A model generated the notes under the pieces. The model saw only the letters and a list, made by a program, of their open reading frames with translations, was not told where the DNA came from and searched no databases. 64,000 nucleotides of DNA from Pseudomonas sp. (GTDB taxonomy: Bacteria; Pseudomonadota; Gammaproteobacteria; Pseudomonadales; Pseudomonadaceae), in assembly GCF_030690725.1 (NCBI RefSeq), contig NZ_JAUYGD010000004.1, positions 117,327 to 181,326 on the forward strand. The letters are read 5' to 3'. This document shows, piece after piece, positions 40,881 through 50,698 of this stretch. The translations under genes and the position numbers were made by a program. How positions within the stretch are numbered: position 1 is the first letter of the stretch; every line of letters starts with the position of its first letter.

Positions 40881-41000
40881 GACAAATATCGGTTGGGAAA
40901 GCGCTCAGGCTAGGGCCTGAGGCGGTGAAACGGAAGTTAAATGAGTGGGGCGAATAACAGAACCTGACCGGGCTTCACGCCGTGAAGCCCGGAGTTCCCC

Positions 41001-41609
41001 TCAGGCTGCGGCCGTGCGCTGCCATAGCGCGTAGTACACCTGGCCCGCCTTCTGTTCGCGGTGTAGGCGCCAGTTGCCGGGCATGCCGAGGCTGGAGGGT
41101 GAGTTCTCGCTTTCGGTATAGACCCAGGCATCCGCCGCCAGCCAGCCGTTCTGTTCGAGCAGGATGCAGGCAGGGAGCAGCAGGTTCTGGTTGAACGGCG
41201 GGTCGAGAAACACCAGGTCGAACGGCGTCGCGGTAGGTTGTTGCAGGTAGAGCAGGGCATCGGTCTGCTGCAGCTGGCCGTTGTCGCAGTTCAGCGTTTG
41301 CAGGTGGCTGCGCAGGTTGGCGATGGCGGCTGGATTGAGGTCCAGGGCCAGGGCGCTGCCGGCGCCGCGTGACAGCGCTTCAAGAAACAGCGCGCCGCTG
41401 CCAGCGAACAGGTCGAGCACCTTGGCGCCCTCGACATAGGGCGCCAGCCAGTTGAACAGGGTCTCGCGCACGCGGTTCGGCGTCGGCCGCAGGCCAGCGG
41501 CCATGGGGAAGTTGAACTGGCGCGAGCGCCATTGTCCGCCGATGATCCGCAGTTGGCCATCGCCGCTATGGGCGGGGTTGGCTTTCGGCGGCTTAGGTCG
41601 CTTGCTCAT
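41001..41609 (-). CDS. rsmD: 16S rRNA m2G966 methyltransferase
   Basis: LRIIGGQWR, LRPTPNRVRETLFNWL, DLFAGSGAL, DPPF. Confidence 0.96.
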   Translation of the reverse strand: MSKRPKPPKANPAHSGDGQLRIIGGQWRSRQFNFPMAAGLRPTPNRVRETLFNWLAPYVEGAKVLDLFAGSGALFLEALSRGAGSALALDLNPAAIANLRSHLQTLNCDNGQLQQTDALLYLQQPTATPFDLVFLDPPFNQNLLLPACILLEQNGWLAADAWVYTESENSPSSLGMPGNWRLHREQKAGQVYYALWQRTAAA

Positions 41610-43090
41610 CAGTGCTCCGGGACGCCAGTGGGTTGCTCGGCTGGGTTGTCGGTGGGCGGCGGCAGTTCTTTCTGCGCCACGCTCGGGCCGGCGGTGACGA
41701 TCACCAGAGCCTCGGGGTTGAGGTGCTTGGCCATGGCGGCCTTGACCTGTTCCACGCTCAGCGCTTCGACGTCGCGCATAAAGTCTTCCAGGTAGCTCAG
41801 CGGCAGGTCATAGAAACCCATGGAGCCCAGCTGGCCGACGATAGCGGCATTGCTCGCGGTGGACAGCGGGAAGCTGCCGGCCAGCTCGCGCTTGGCGTTG
41901 TTCAGCTCTTCTGCAGTCGGGCCGTTGTTGATGAAGTCGGCGAGCATGCTTTTGACCAGTTGCAGGGTGCCGTCGCTGAGTTCGGCGCGGGTTTGCAGGT
42001 TGATCATAAAAGGGCCGCGCGCCTGCATGGCGCTGAAACCGGAGTAGACGCCATAGGTCAGGCCGCGCTTCTCGCGAACTTCGGTCATCAGGCGGGTGCC
42101 GAAACCACCGCCGCCGAATACCTGGTTGCCGAGGTAGAGCGCGGCGTAGTCCGGGTCGCGGCGGTCGATGCCGAGCTGGGCAATCATCAGGTGGGTCTGA
42201 TTCGAGGGGAACTCGATATGTTGCAGGCCCGGCTTGGGCTCTTCCGGCTGGGCGATACGCGGCAGCGCCGGGCCTTTCGGCAGGGCGGCGGACACCTGGC
42301 TGGCCAGGGCTTCGGCGTCGCTGCGCGAGAGGTCGCCGACCAGCGCGATGATCGCGTTATTGGCGGTGTAGGCCTTGGCGTGGAAGGCCTGCAGCTGCTC
42401 ACGGCTGATGGCCGGGATCGACTCGGCATTACCGTCGCTTGGGTGCGCGTAAGGATGCGCGCCGTACAGACGCTCGAACAACGCCAGGCTGGCCAGCTTG
42501 CCGGGGTTCTGCTTCTGGTATTCGAAGCCCGCCAGCAACTGGTTCTTGATCCGCGCCAGGGCGTCGTCCGGGAAGGTCGGTTGGCCGAGCACCTGATTGA
42601 ACAGCTGTAGCGCCGGTTCGCGTTTGTCTACAGCGCTGAGGCTGCGCAGGCTGGCGATGGCCATGTCGCGGAACGCGCCGTTGCCGAAGTTGGCGCCGAG
42701 GTTTTCGAAGCCGGCGGCGATTGCGCCGACATCCTTGCCCGGCACGCCCTCATTGAGCATGGCGTTGGTCAGCATGGCCAGGCCGGCGGTGCCGTCGTCA
42801 TGGCTGCTGCCAGCGGCAAAGGTCAGTTGCAGGTCGAACATCGGCAGCTCGCGGGCCTCGACGAACAGCACCTTGGCGCCTTCGGCGGTTTGCCAGGTCT
42901 GGATATCCAGATTACGGCGGCTGGGCGGCTGATCGCCAAGGGCGGCCAGGGATTCGATGCTGGTCGATTCGGCGGCCGGAGCCGCGGTTGGGCTGCTATC
43001 CGGGCGGTTGATCACCAGGGCCAGCAATGCCAGCAATATCAGTAGCGCCAGGCCGAGCAGGCCGTAGCGCAGGCCATTGCGCTCACTCAT
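41609..43090 (-). CDS. M16 peptidase family protein, non-catalytic partner
   Basis: N-terminal TM anchor; lacks HxxEH; GGGGFGTRL, VREKRGLTYG. Confidence 0.88.
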   Translation of the reverse strand: MSERNGLRYGLLGLALLILLALLALVINRPDSSPTAAPAAESTSIESLAALGDQPPSRRNLDIQTWQTAEGAKVLFVEARELPMFDLQLTFAAGSSHDDGTAGLAMLTNAMLNEGVPGKDVGAIAAGFENLGANFGNGAFRDMAIASLRSLSAVDKREPALQLFNQVLGQPTFPDDALARIKNQLLAGFEYQKQNPGKLASLALFERLYGAHPYAHPSDGNAESIPAISREQLQAFHAKAYTANNAIIALVGDLSRSDAEALASQVSAALPKGPALPRIAQPEEPKPGLQHIEFPSNQTHLMIAQLGIDRRDPDYAALYLGNQVFGGGGFGTRLMTEVREKRGLTYGVYSGFSAMQARGPFMINLQTRAELSDGTLQLVKSMLADFINNGPTAEELNNAKRELAGSFPLSTASNAAIVGQLGSMGFYDLPLSYLEDFMRDVEALSVEQVKAAMAKHLNPEALVIVTAGPSVAQKELPPPTDNPAEQPTGVPEH

Positions 43091-44438
43091 TGCGCTTCTC
43101 CTCAGGTAGAACATGGGCGACGCTCAGGCGGTCGCGGGTAAAGAAGGTACTGGCGGCTTGCTGGATATCAGCCGGGGTGACGGCTTCCAGTTCGGCCAGT
43201 TCCTGGTCGATCAGCTTCCACGACAGGCCGACGGTTTCCAATTGGCCGATGGCGGTGGCCTGGCTGGTGATCGAGTCACGCTCGTAAACCAGGCCGGCGA
43301 TCACTTGCGCACGTACGCGGGCCAGTTCCTCAGCGCTTGGCGGGGTGTTTTTCAAGTCTTCCAGCTCACGCCACAGGCCGGCTTCGACCTGCTGCAGAGT
43401 CTTGCCGGTCTGCACGTTTGGCGTGGCGGAAAGGATGAACAGGCTGTCGCCACGGGAGAAACCGTCGTACCAGGCCGATGCGCCGGATACCAGTTCCTCG
43501 CCACGTTCCAGGCGCGTGGGCAGGCGGGCGCTGTAGCCGCCATCGAGCAGGGCGGCAGCCAGGCGCAGGGCATGCACCTGGCGCGGCTGTTCGGCGGTGG
43601 CCAGGCCCGGCACGTTAAAGCCCATCATCAGATTCGGCAGCTGGGTTTTCAGATACAGGGTGATACGCCGTTCGCCGGGAGCGGCCAGCTCACGCGGGAT
43701 CTTGGCGATAGGCACGTTGCGCTTGGGGATGGCGCCGAAGTAACGCTCGGCGAGGATCTTCACCTCGGCGACGCTGACGTCACCGACCACCACCAGGGTG
43801 GCGTTGTTCGGCGCGTACCAGGCTTGGTACCAGTCGCGCAGCTCCTCGACGGTCATGCGCTCGAGGTCGGCCATCCAGCCGATGGTCGGCGTGTGGTAAC
43901 CGCTGGCAGGGTAGGCCATGGCCTTGAAGCGCTCATAGGCCAGGCTCGATGGTTTGTCGTCGGTGCGCAGGCGGCGTTCTTCCTTGATTACCTCGATTTC
44001 CTTGGCGAACTCATCGGCCGGCAGCTTGAGGCTGGCCAGACGGTCGGCTTCCAGTTCCAGGGCAACGGCCAGGCGATCGCGGGCTAGCACTTGGTAGTAG
44101 GCGGTGTAATCGTCGCTGGTAAAGGCGTTTTCCTCGGCGCCCAGCTCGCGCAGGATGCGTGAGGCTTCGCCGGGGCCGAGCTTGCGGCTGCCCTTGAACA
44201 TCATGTGTTCGAGGGCGTGGGACAGGCCGGTCTGGCCGGGCGTCTCATAGCTGGAGCCGACCTTGTACCAAAGCTGGGAAACCACCACCGGGGCGCGATG
44301 GTCTTCGCGCACGATGACCTTGAGGCCGTTGTCCAGGCTGAATTCGTGGGTCGGCTGCGGCTCGGCGGCCAGGGCCAGCAGCGGGCAGGAGAGTACGCCG
44401 AAACATAGGGCGGCGACACGATGGGCAAGCGTTGGCAT
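43083..44438 (-). CDS. M16 zinc peptidase (pitrilysin family)
   Basis: HALEHMMFKG (HxxEH), ENAFTS, signal peptide. Confidence 0.92.
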   Translation of the reverse strand: MPTLAHRVAALCFGVLSCPLLALAAEPQPTHEFSLDNGLKVIVREDHRAPVVVSQLWYKVGSSYETPGQTGLSHALEHMMFKGSRKLGPGEASRILRELGAEENAFTSDDYTAYYQVLARDRLAVALELEADRLASLKLPADEFAKEIEVIKEERRLRTDDKPSSLAYERFKAMAYPASGYHTPTIGWMADLERMTVEELRDWYQAWYAPNNATLVVVGDVSVAEVKILAERYFGAIPKRNVPIAKIPRELAAPGERRITLYLKTQLPNLMMGFNVPGLATAEQPRQVHALRLAAALLDGGYSARLPTRLERGEELVSGASAWYDGFSRGDSLFILSATPNVQTGKTLQQVEAGLWRELEDLKNTPPSAEELARVRAQVIAGLVYERDSITSQATAIGQLETVGLSWKLIDQELAELEAVTPADIQQAASTFFTRDRLSVAHVLPEEKRNE

Positions 44439-44567
44439 GGGAGTCTGTTCACCGTAAATGACATGTTGCCGTGGCGCGGAGGGCGACTCGGCACGCTGTG
44501 AAGCGCAGGTATGAGGTGTTGGGCAAAACCTGCGGCAGAGTATGGCGTGTTGCGGCAGTCAATCCAT

Positions 44568-44598
44568 AGAACCTGTTTGTGATCTGCATAGCCTCGGC
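44568..44598. repeat. Possible truncated end of the structured repeat family
   Basis: AGAACCTGTTTGTGATCTGC-N6-TCGGC resembles the reverse complement of the copy-1 right end (GATCTGC-N6-TCGGC). Confidence 0.3.
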
Positions 44599-44704
44599 TT
44601 TCCGGGCGGCTCAGGCAGGGGCGGATTCTAACGGCAAGCGGCGTGCAACAGAACCGTGAGACCTTGCCGCTGTGGGCCGGTTCCACCTGCGTCGCCGATA
44701 ATGC

Positions 44705-45640
44705 TCAGGCCTCGGCGGCGCAATTGAGGCCCAGCCCGCGGGCGTCGAGAAACGCTGCCAGGTAATCGATAAAGGCCTGCACCTTGCGCGTGGCGCGCCG
44801 GTGGCTGGGGTATACGGCGAGGATCAGTGGGCCGAAGGCGTCCGGGTCGAAGTCATATTCGCTCATCACCTGCAGCAGTTGGCCGCTGTCCAGATAGGGC
44901 TGCACGCTCCAGGTTGGGCAGCCGTACAGGCCGGCGCCGCTCAGGGTATTGGCCAGCAGCAGGTCGTAGTTGTCGCTTTCCAGGCGGGCATTAGGCACCG
45001 GGACGCGCAGGCGCACGCCGTTCTGCGCCAGCCACCAGAAGTGCTGATCCAGCGATGGGTGGCGGTAGAGCAGCCACTGGTGCTGGGCGAAGTGCTCGGG
45101 GCGCACCGGCGCTGGGTTGGCGGCCAGATAGGCCGGGCTGGCGCACAGCACGATACGGTTGTGCCCTAGGGGTTTGGCGATCAGCCCCGGCAGGTCGCTG
45201 CGGCCCTCACGCAGGGCCAGGTCATAACCGCCTTCGACCAGATCGACAAAGGCGTCGCTTAAATCCACCCGTAGGCGGATCTGCGGGTTGGAAGCGAGAA
45301 AGCCACCACACGCCTCATCGAGAAACGCCCGGCCAAAGCCCAGCGGCGCGGTCAGACGCAGGTTGCCATGCAGGCCGTGCTTGAGCTGGCCGATTTCTTC
45401 GCCGGCATCGTGCAGGCGTTGCAGCACCTGGCGCGCGGTGTCCAGATAGAGCCGCCCGGCTTCGGTCAGCGCGGTACGCCGGGTGCTGCGCTCGAACAGC
45501 TGCGCGCCCAGCTCGGCTTCCAGATGGCTGACCGCCTTGGTCAGGGCCGAAGGCGTCTTGCCCAGCTGCTCGGCCGCACGGCTAAAGCTGCCGTGCTCGG
45601 CGGTGGCGACAAACATGCTCAGGGCGCTGAGCTTGTCCAT
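44705..45640 (-). CDS. LysR-type transcriptional regulator
   Basis: GSFSRAAEQL...LEAELGAQLFERSTR HTH; DLVEGGYDLALR. Confidence 0.95.
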   Translation of the reverse strand: MDKLSALSMFVATAEHGSFSRAAEQLGKTPSALTKAVSHLEAELGAQLFERSTRRTALTEAGRLYLDTARQVLQRLHDAGEEIGQLKHGLHGNLRLTAPLGFGRAFLDEACGGFLASNPQIRLRVDLSDAFVDLVEGGYDLALREGRSDLPGLIAKPLGHNRIVLCASPAYLAANPAPVRPEHFAQHQWLLYRHPSLDQHFWWLAQNGVRLRVPVPNARLESDNYDLLLANTLSGAGLYGCPTWSVQPYLDSGQLLQVMSEYDFDPDAFGPLILAVYPSHRRATRKVQAFIDYLAAFLDARGLGLNCAAEA

Positions 45641-45645
45641 AAAGT

Positions 45646-45672
45646 TTTTCCTATTTGGCAAAAGCGTTTTGC
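45646..45672. promoter_or_regulatory. Candidate LysR binding site
   Basis: TTCC-TATTT-GGCAA T-N11-A box overlapping GCAAAA-N3-TTTTGC dyad in the divergent promoter. Confidence 0.4.
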
Positions 45673-45748
45673 TTAGCGCTGCGGTTCTGCACCGCTGCGC
45701 CAGGCGCTAGTCTCGCGGCGAAACCAATAAGAACAAGAGGCTAAGGCA

Positions 45749-47491
45749 ATGCAACGATTTATTCCAAGCCTGTTGGCCGCCGCCATGGCTTTTTCCTCGA
45801 TGGAAGCCATGGCTGCCGCCGACCTGCTGTTATTTAACGGCAAGGTGTACACCGCCGAACCCGGCCAACCTTTGGCGCAAGCGGTCGCGGTGGCCGATGG
45901 CAAGATCCTCAAGGTGGGCAGCAATGCCGAGATCAAGGCCCTGGCCGATGCCGATACGCAGCTGATCGACCTGGCCGGCAAGGTGCTGATGCCGGGCATG
46001 ATCGACACCCACAGCCACCCGGTGGTAGCCGCCTACGACAGCATGGGCTCCAACCTGTATGACGAAGTCAAACCGCTGGCCGAGCTGGAGCAGTGGATCA
46101 TCGCCCAGGATCAGGCCGGCGCGGCGCGGGTGGGCGATATCATCGTCATCTCCGGCGCCAGCTCGGGCTATTGGGAGCAGAGCGCCGGGCTGGGCAAGAT
46201 CTTCAACCAGGGCCGCTGGGCTGATCAGCCGGTGGTGCTGAATGGCATCGACGGCCATACCGGCTGGGCCAACAACGCCATGCTGAAGCGGGTGAAGATC
46301 GACGCGGCGCTGGTGAAAAGCCTGCCGGAGAAGGAGCGCAACTATATCGGCCACGCCGCCGACTTCACGCCCACCGGCTACCTGGCGGAAAACGGCTGGG
46401 ATCGGGTGCGCAGCCAACTGCCCGCACCCACCGAGGCGGTGATGCTTAACGCGGCGCGTGAGGCGGTGAAGGTCAATAACCAGGTCGGCGTTACCGCCTG
46501 GATGGACGCGGCGGCCAATGCCGGCAGCGGCGATTCGCTGTTCGAGCTGCGCCCCACCGAGCAGGATGTCGGCGTACTGCCGCTGTACCGCAAGCTGGCC
46601 GAGAACGGCGAGTTGAGCGCCCACGTCGCCGCATTGCTGATTACCCATCCGCAGAGCACGCCGGCCGACCTCGAAGTGCTGGGCAAGGTTATGCAGCAAT
46701 TCCAGGGTGTGCCGAATCTGACGTTCCCAGGGATCAAGATATTCGCCGACGGCGTGATGGAGTTCCCCGGCCAGACCGCTGCGGTGATCGACCCGTTCAA
46801 GAACAGCCTCAAACGCGGTGAGCTGCTGATCGACCCGAAGAACTTCGGCAAGCTGGCGGTGGCGGCTGAGCAGCGCGGTTGGATCATGCATGTGCATGCG
46901 GTCGGCGACCGCGCGGTGCGTGAAGCGCTGAATGGCTTCGAGTACGCCCGCTCGCTCAAACCGGCGCTGGTGCCACACAGCATCAGCCACCTGCAGCTGG
47001 TCAATCCCAAGGAGTTTGCGCGCTTCAAGCAGCTCGGCGTGATCGCTTCGATGCAACTGCTCTGGGCCACCGCCGAGACCTACACCGAGGAGCTGGTCAA
47101 ACCCTACGTCAGCGCCGCCGCTTACCAGTATCAGTATCCGGCGCGTTCGCTGCACCAGGCCGGTGCGACCATCGCCGGGGCCAGCGACTGGCCGGTATCC
47201 AGCCCCAATCCGTGGAATGCCATCGCCCAGGCCAGCACCCGCAAGGGCCCGATGGGCGTGCTGAACGCCAAGGAAAGCATCGATCGCGAAAGCATGTTCC
47301 AGGCCTACACCCTGAATGCCGCCAAAGCCCTGCGCCTGGACAGCCAGATCGGCTCCCTGGCGCCCGGCAAGCAGGCTGACCTGATCGTCCTCGACCGCGA
47401 TGTGTTCAAGGTCAGCGATGAAGAGCTGTTCGACACCCAGGTGCTGCGCACCTTCTTCGCCGGCAAGCAGGTTTACGCCAGCGAGTCCTGA
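45749..47491 (+). CDS. Periplasmic metal-dependent amidohydrolase (amidohydro_3/YtcJ-like)
   Basis: Sec signal; PGMIDTHSH, GIKIFADG, HAVGDRAV, SISH, GASDWP, GKQADL. Confidence 0.88.
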   Translation: MQRFIPSLLAAAMAFSSMEAMAAADLLLFNGKVYTAEPGQPLAQAVAVADGKILKVGSNAEIKALADADTQLIDLAGKVLMPGMIDTHSHPVVAAYDSMGSNLYDEVKPLAELEQWIIAQDQAGAARVGDIIVISGASSGYWEQSAGLGKIFNQGRWADQPVVLNGIDGHTGWANNAMLKRVKIDAALVKSLPEKERNYIGHAADFTPTGYLAENGWDRVRSQLPAPTEAVMLNAAREAVKVNNQVGVTAWMDAAANAGSGDSLFELRPTEQDVGVLPLYRKLAENGELSAHVAALLITHPQSTPADLEVLGKVMQQFQGVPNLTFPGIKIFADGVMEFPGQTAAVIDPFKNSLKRGELLIDPKNFGKLAVAAEQRGWIMHVHAVGDRAVREALNGFEYARSLKPALVPHSISHLQLVNPKEFARFKQLGVIASMQLLWATAETYTEELVKPYVSAAAYQYQYPARSLHQAGATIAGASDWPVSSPNPWNAIAQASTRKGPMGVLNAKESIDRESMFQAYTLNAAKALRLDSQIGSLAPGKQADLIVLDRDVFKVSDEELFDTQVLRTFFAGKQVYASES

Positions 47492-47609
47492 GCCCGTTCC
47501 AGCCCCGTCTTACCCATAACAATTCACAGCCACCCTGCTCCGCGTACCGCGCGGGGCTTGGCGCTGCTTTGTCGCATCTGCCCACACCTATAAAAACAGG
47601 AAGATTCGT

Positions 47610-48386
47610 ATGCGCACCTTACCCACCGTGTTTCTCAGCAGCCTTGTCCTGGCCCCACTGAGCTGCGTTCAGGCGTTCGAGCTGAATCAGCAGTTTCGCC
47701 TCGACGTCACCCCAGCGATTGTCAGCGACTACCGTGCCAGTGGGCTTTCGCAAACCCAGGGCGATCCGGCGGCCCAGCTGAATCTCGTGCTCAGTCACGC
47801 CAGTGGTCTATACGCCGGGGTGTGGACCTCCAGCGTCGACTTCGGCTTCGACTCGAAAACCCGCCAGGAACTGGAGTATTACGCCGGTTACTACTGGCAG
47901 ATCAGCGAGAACATCAGCCTCGACACCTACTACACCCGGTACGATTTCCCCCGTGAAAGCGATTACAACCAGAGCGATGTGCAGGCCCTGCTGGATGTCT
48001 ATGGCGTGCTGCTGGGCGCCAAGTACGTCAGCAATATCAAAGGCCCTGACGCCTGGGACGAAGAAGGTAATTTCTATAAAGGTGACAAGGATGAAGACCT
48101 GGCCTCGTTCCTGATCGGCTACCGCACTCAGCTACCGGGCGAAGTCGGCCTGGAGGTGCGCTACGAATACGTCGATTACAAGGACGAGGTGTTTTTCCGC
48201 GACGAGGAGCAGGGTCGTGCGCAATACCGCAACTGGGAGGTCAAACTGAACCGCGATTTCGTTGGCGTGACCTGGGGCCTGAGCTACATCGACACCGACC
48301 TGTCGAAAAGTGAGTGTGCAAGCTTTATGGGTTATGACGACCTGTGCGGGCCGACCCTGGTCGCCAGCGCCAGCAAGACCTTCTAA
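47610..48386 (+). CDS. TorF-family putative porin
   Basis: Signal peptide; SDY..SGLSQT..DPA.Q signature; terminal Phe. Confidence 0.85.
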   Translation: MRTLPTVFLSSLVLAPLSCVQAFELNQQFRLDVTPAIVSDYRASGLSQTQGDPAAQLNLVLSHASGLYAGVWTSSVDFGFDSKTRQELEYYAGYYWQISENISLDTYYTRYDFPRESDYNQSDVQALLDVYGVLLGAKYVSNIKGPDAWDEEGNFYKGDKDEDLASFLIGYRTQLPGEVGLEVRYEYVDYKDEVFFRDEEQGRAQYRNWEVKLNRDFVGVTWGLSYIDTDLSKSECASFMGYDDLCGPTLVASASKTF

Positions 48387-48594
48387 ACGGCAGTACAAGC
48401 TGTCGGACGCGCCCGCTTGGTCTTAGCGCCGGCGGGCGCGGAGGTGCTAGGATACGCATCCGTTTTACTGGCGGCCGTGTCTGCTGGGGCATCTGGGTAT
48501 TACTGCGCACACTCTTCAGCTCTGTTGCGCTGCGTGGGTAATACTTTCTGAGCCTTGTACCGGCGTGTCGCACCTTTCGAGATAGCCGTCCTCC

Positions 48595-50028
48595 ATGTTT
48601 GGTCCCAACGACGACAAAAACACTCCCGCGCCTTCTGCCCCTGCCTCTACCGAGAAGCCTGCGGAGAAGAAAGACCTGTTCGGCTGGCTGCGCAAGAAGC
48701 CGCAAGCACCGACCAGCCCTGAGCCGCAACCGACACCCGTCAGCGAGCAGCCTGGTGCTCCGACTGTCGCCGAGCCCACCCCTACGCCCGTTGCGCCGGT
48801 AAGCGAAGTCGCTGCGCCAGTCGTAGAACCGGTGATTACCGCTGAGATCGTTGTCGAGCCGCAGGCTGCGCCGATAGCCCCTGTCCCGGTTGAGCAGACT
48901 GTTGCTGTCGCTCCCGCGCTGCCTGAAACCAGCGCAGCCAACCCCCAGCCACGGCCGTCGCGTTTCCGTATCAATGCCGGCAGCGAAGTGCTGCATGCCC
49001 ATATTGAACAGCCTGCGGTGGTTGAGCCGGTCGTCGTGCCACCAATGGCCGAGCCTGCAGTCGTGCAACCTGTCGCCACTCCGGTCAAAAGCGCCGAGGA
49101 AACCCGGGCGGGCTTTCTCGAACGCCTCAAGCAGGGCCTGTCGAAAACCAGTGCCAGCCTTGGCGAAGGTATGGCCAGCCTGTTTCTCGGCAAAAAGGTT
49201 ATCGACGATGACTTGCTCGAAGACCTGGAAACCCGCCTGCTGACCGCTGACGTGGGCGTCGAGGCTACCACCGCGATCATCGGCAACCTGACCAAGCGTG
49301 TCGCGCGCAAGGAGCTGGCCGACAGCGGTGCGTTGTACAAGGCTCTGCAAGATGAGCTGGTGGCGCTGCTCAAACCGGTCGAGCAGCCGCTGAAAATTGA
49401 TAGCAGTAAGCAGCCCTATGTGATTCTGGTGGTCGGCGTTAACGGCGCGGGCAAAACCACCACCATCGGCAAGCTGGCGAAAAAACTCCAGCAGGATGGC
49501 AAGAAGGTCATGCTCGCCGCTGGCGATACCTTCCGCGCTGCGGCCGTGGAGCAGTTGCAGGTGTGGGGCGAGCGCAACCAGATTGCGGTAATCGCCCAGC
49601 ACACCGGCGCGGATTCCGCTTCGGTGATTTTCGATGCCGTGCAGGCCGCCAAGTCGCGCGGCATGGACGTGCTGATCGCCGACACCGCCGGGCGCCTGCA
49701 CACCAAAGACAACCTGATGGAAGAGTTGAAGAAGGTCCGTCGGGTGATCGGCAAGCTGGACGACACCGCGCCGCACGAAGTGCTGCTGGTGCTGGATGCT
49801 GGCACCGGGCAGAACGCGATCAATCAGGCCAAGCAGTTCAATCAGACGGTCAATCTCACCGGTTTGGCGCTGACCAAGCTGGATGGCACCGCCAAGGGCG
49901 GGGTGATCTTTGCCCTGGCCAAGCAGTTTGTATTGCCGATTCGCTATATCGGGGTGGGTGAGGGCATTGATGACCTGCGCACCTTCGAGGCCGAAGCCTT
50001 TGTTCAGGCGCTGTTCGCGGAGAAATAG
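48595..50028 (+). CDS. ftsY: SRP receptor FtsY
   Basis: GVNGAGKTT, DTFRAAA, DTAGR, TKLDGTAKGG; long Pro/Ala/Glu N-terminal region. Confidence 0.99.
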   Translation: MFGPNDDKNTPAPSAPASTEKPAEKKDLFGWLRKKPQAPTSPEPQPTPVSEQPGAPTVAEPTPTPVAPVSEVAAPVVEPVITAEIVVEPQAAPIAPVPVEQTVAVAPALPETSAANPQPRPSRFRINAGSEVLHAHIEQPAVVEPVVVPPMAEPAVVQPVATPVKSAEETRAGFLERLKQGLSKTSASLGEGMASLFLGKKVIDDDLLEDLETRLLTADVGVEATTAIIGNLTKRVARKELADSGALYKALQDELVALLKPVEQPLKIDSSKQPYVILVVGVNGAGKTTTIGKLAKKLQQDGKKVMLAAGDTFRAAAVEQLQVWGERNQIAVIAQHTGADSASVIFDAVQAAKSRGMDVLIADTAGRLHTKDNLMEELKKVRRVIGKLDDTAPHEVLLVLDAGTGQNAINQAKQFNQTVNLTGLALTKLDGTAKGGVIFALAKQFVLPIRYIGVGEGIDDLRTFEAEAFVQALFAEK

Positions 50029-50029
50029 G

Positions 50030-50698
50030 ATGATCAAGTTCGAGCAGGTCGGTAAACGCTACGCCAACGGCCACATCGGGCTGCACGAGCTGAGCTTTCA
50101 TGTGCGCCGCGGCGAGTTCCTTTTCGTCACCGGCCACTCCGGCGCTGGCAAGAGCACCTTGCTGCGCCTGCTGCTGGCGATGGAGCGGCCGAGCAGCGGC
50201 AAACTGCTGCTGGCCGGGCAGGATTTATCGCATATCACCAATGCGCAGATTCCCTTCCTGCGTCGGCAGATCGGCGTGGTGTTCCAGAACCATCAGCTGC
50301 TGTTCGACCGCAGCGTATTCGACAACGTGGCGCTGCCGCTGCAGATTCTTGGCCTGTCCAAGGATGAGATCGGCACCCGTGTGCGTACTGCGCTGGAGCG
50401 GGTTTCCCTGGCCGACAAGGCTGAGCAATCGCCTGGCGACCTGTCCACCGGTCAACAGCAGCGCGTCGGCATTGCCCGTGCCATCGTGCATCGGCCGGCC
50501 CTGTTGCTGGCGGATGAGCCCACCGGTAACCTCGATCCGCGCCTGGCCGCCGAGATCATGGGCGTGTTCGAGGACATCAACCGGCTCGGCACCACCGTGC
50601 TGATCGCCAGCCACGACCTGGCGCTGATCGCGCGCATGCGCCACCGCATGTTAACCCTGCAGCGCGGCCGCCTGATCGGCGACGGGGAGGCCGCATGA
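50030..50698 (+). CDS. ftsE: Cell division ATP-binding protein FtsE
   Basis: GHSGAGKST, LSTGQQQR, ADEPTGNLD; operon context. Confidence 0.97.
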   Translation: MIKFEQVGKRYANGHIGLHELSFHVRRGEFLFVTGHSGAGKSTLLRLLLAMERPSSGKLLLAGQDLSHITNAQIPFLRRQIGVVFQNHQLLFDRSVFDNVALPLQILGLSKDEIGTRVRTALERVSLADKAEQSPGDLSTGQQQRVGIARAIVHRPALLLADEPTGNLDPRLAAEIMGVFEDINRLGTTVLIASHDLALIARMRHRMLTLQRGRLIGDGEAA

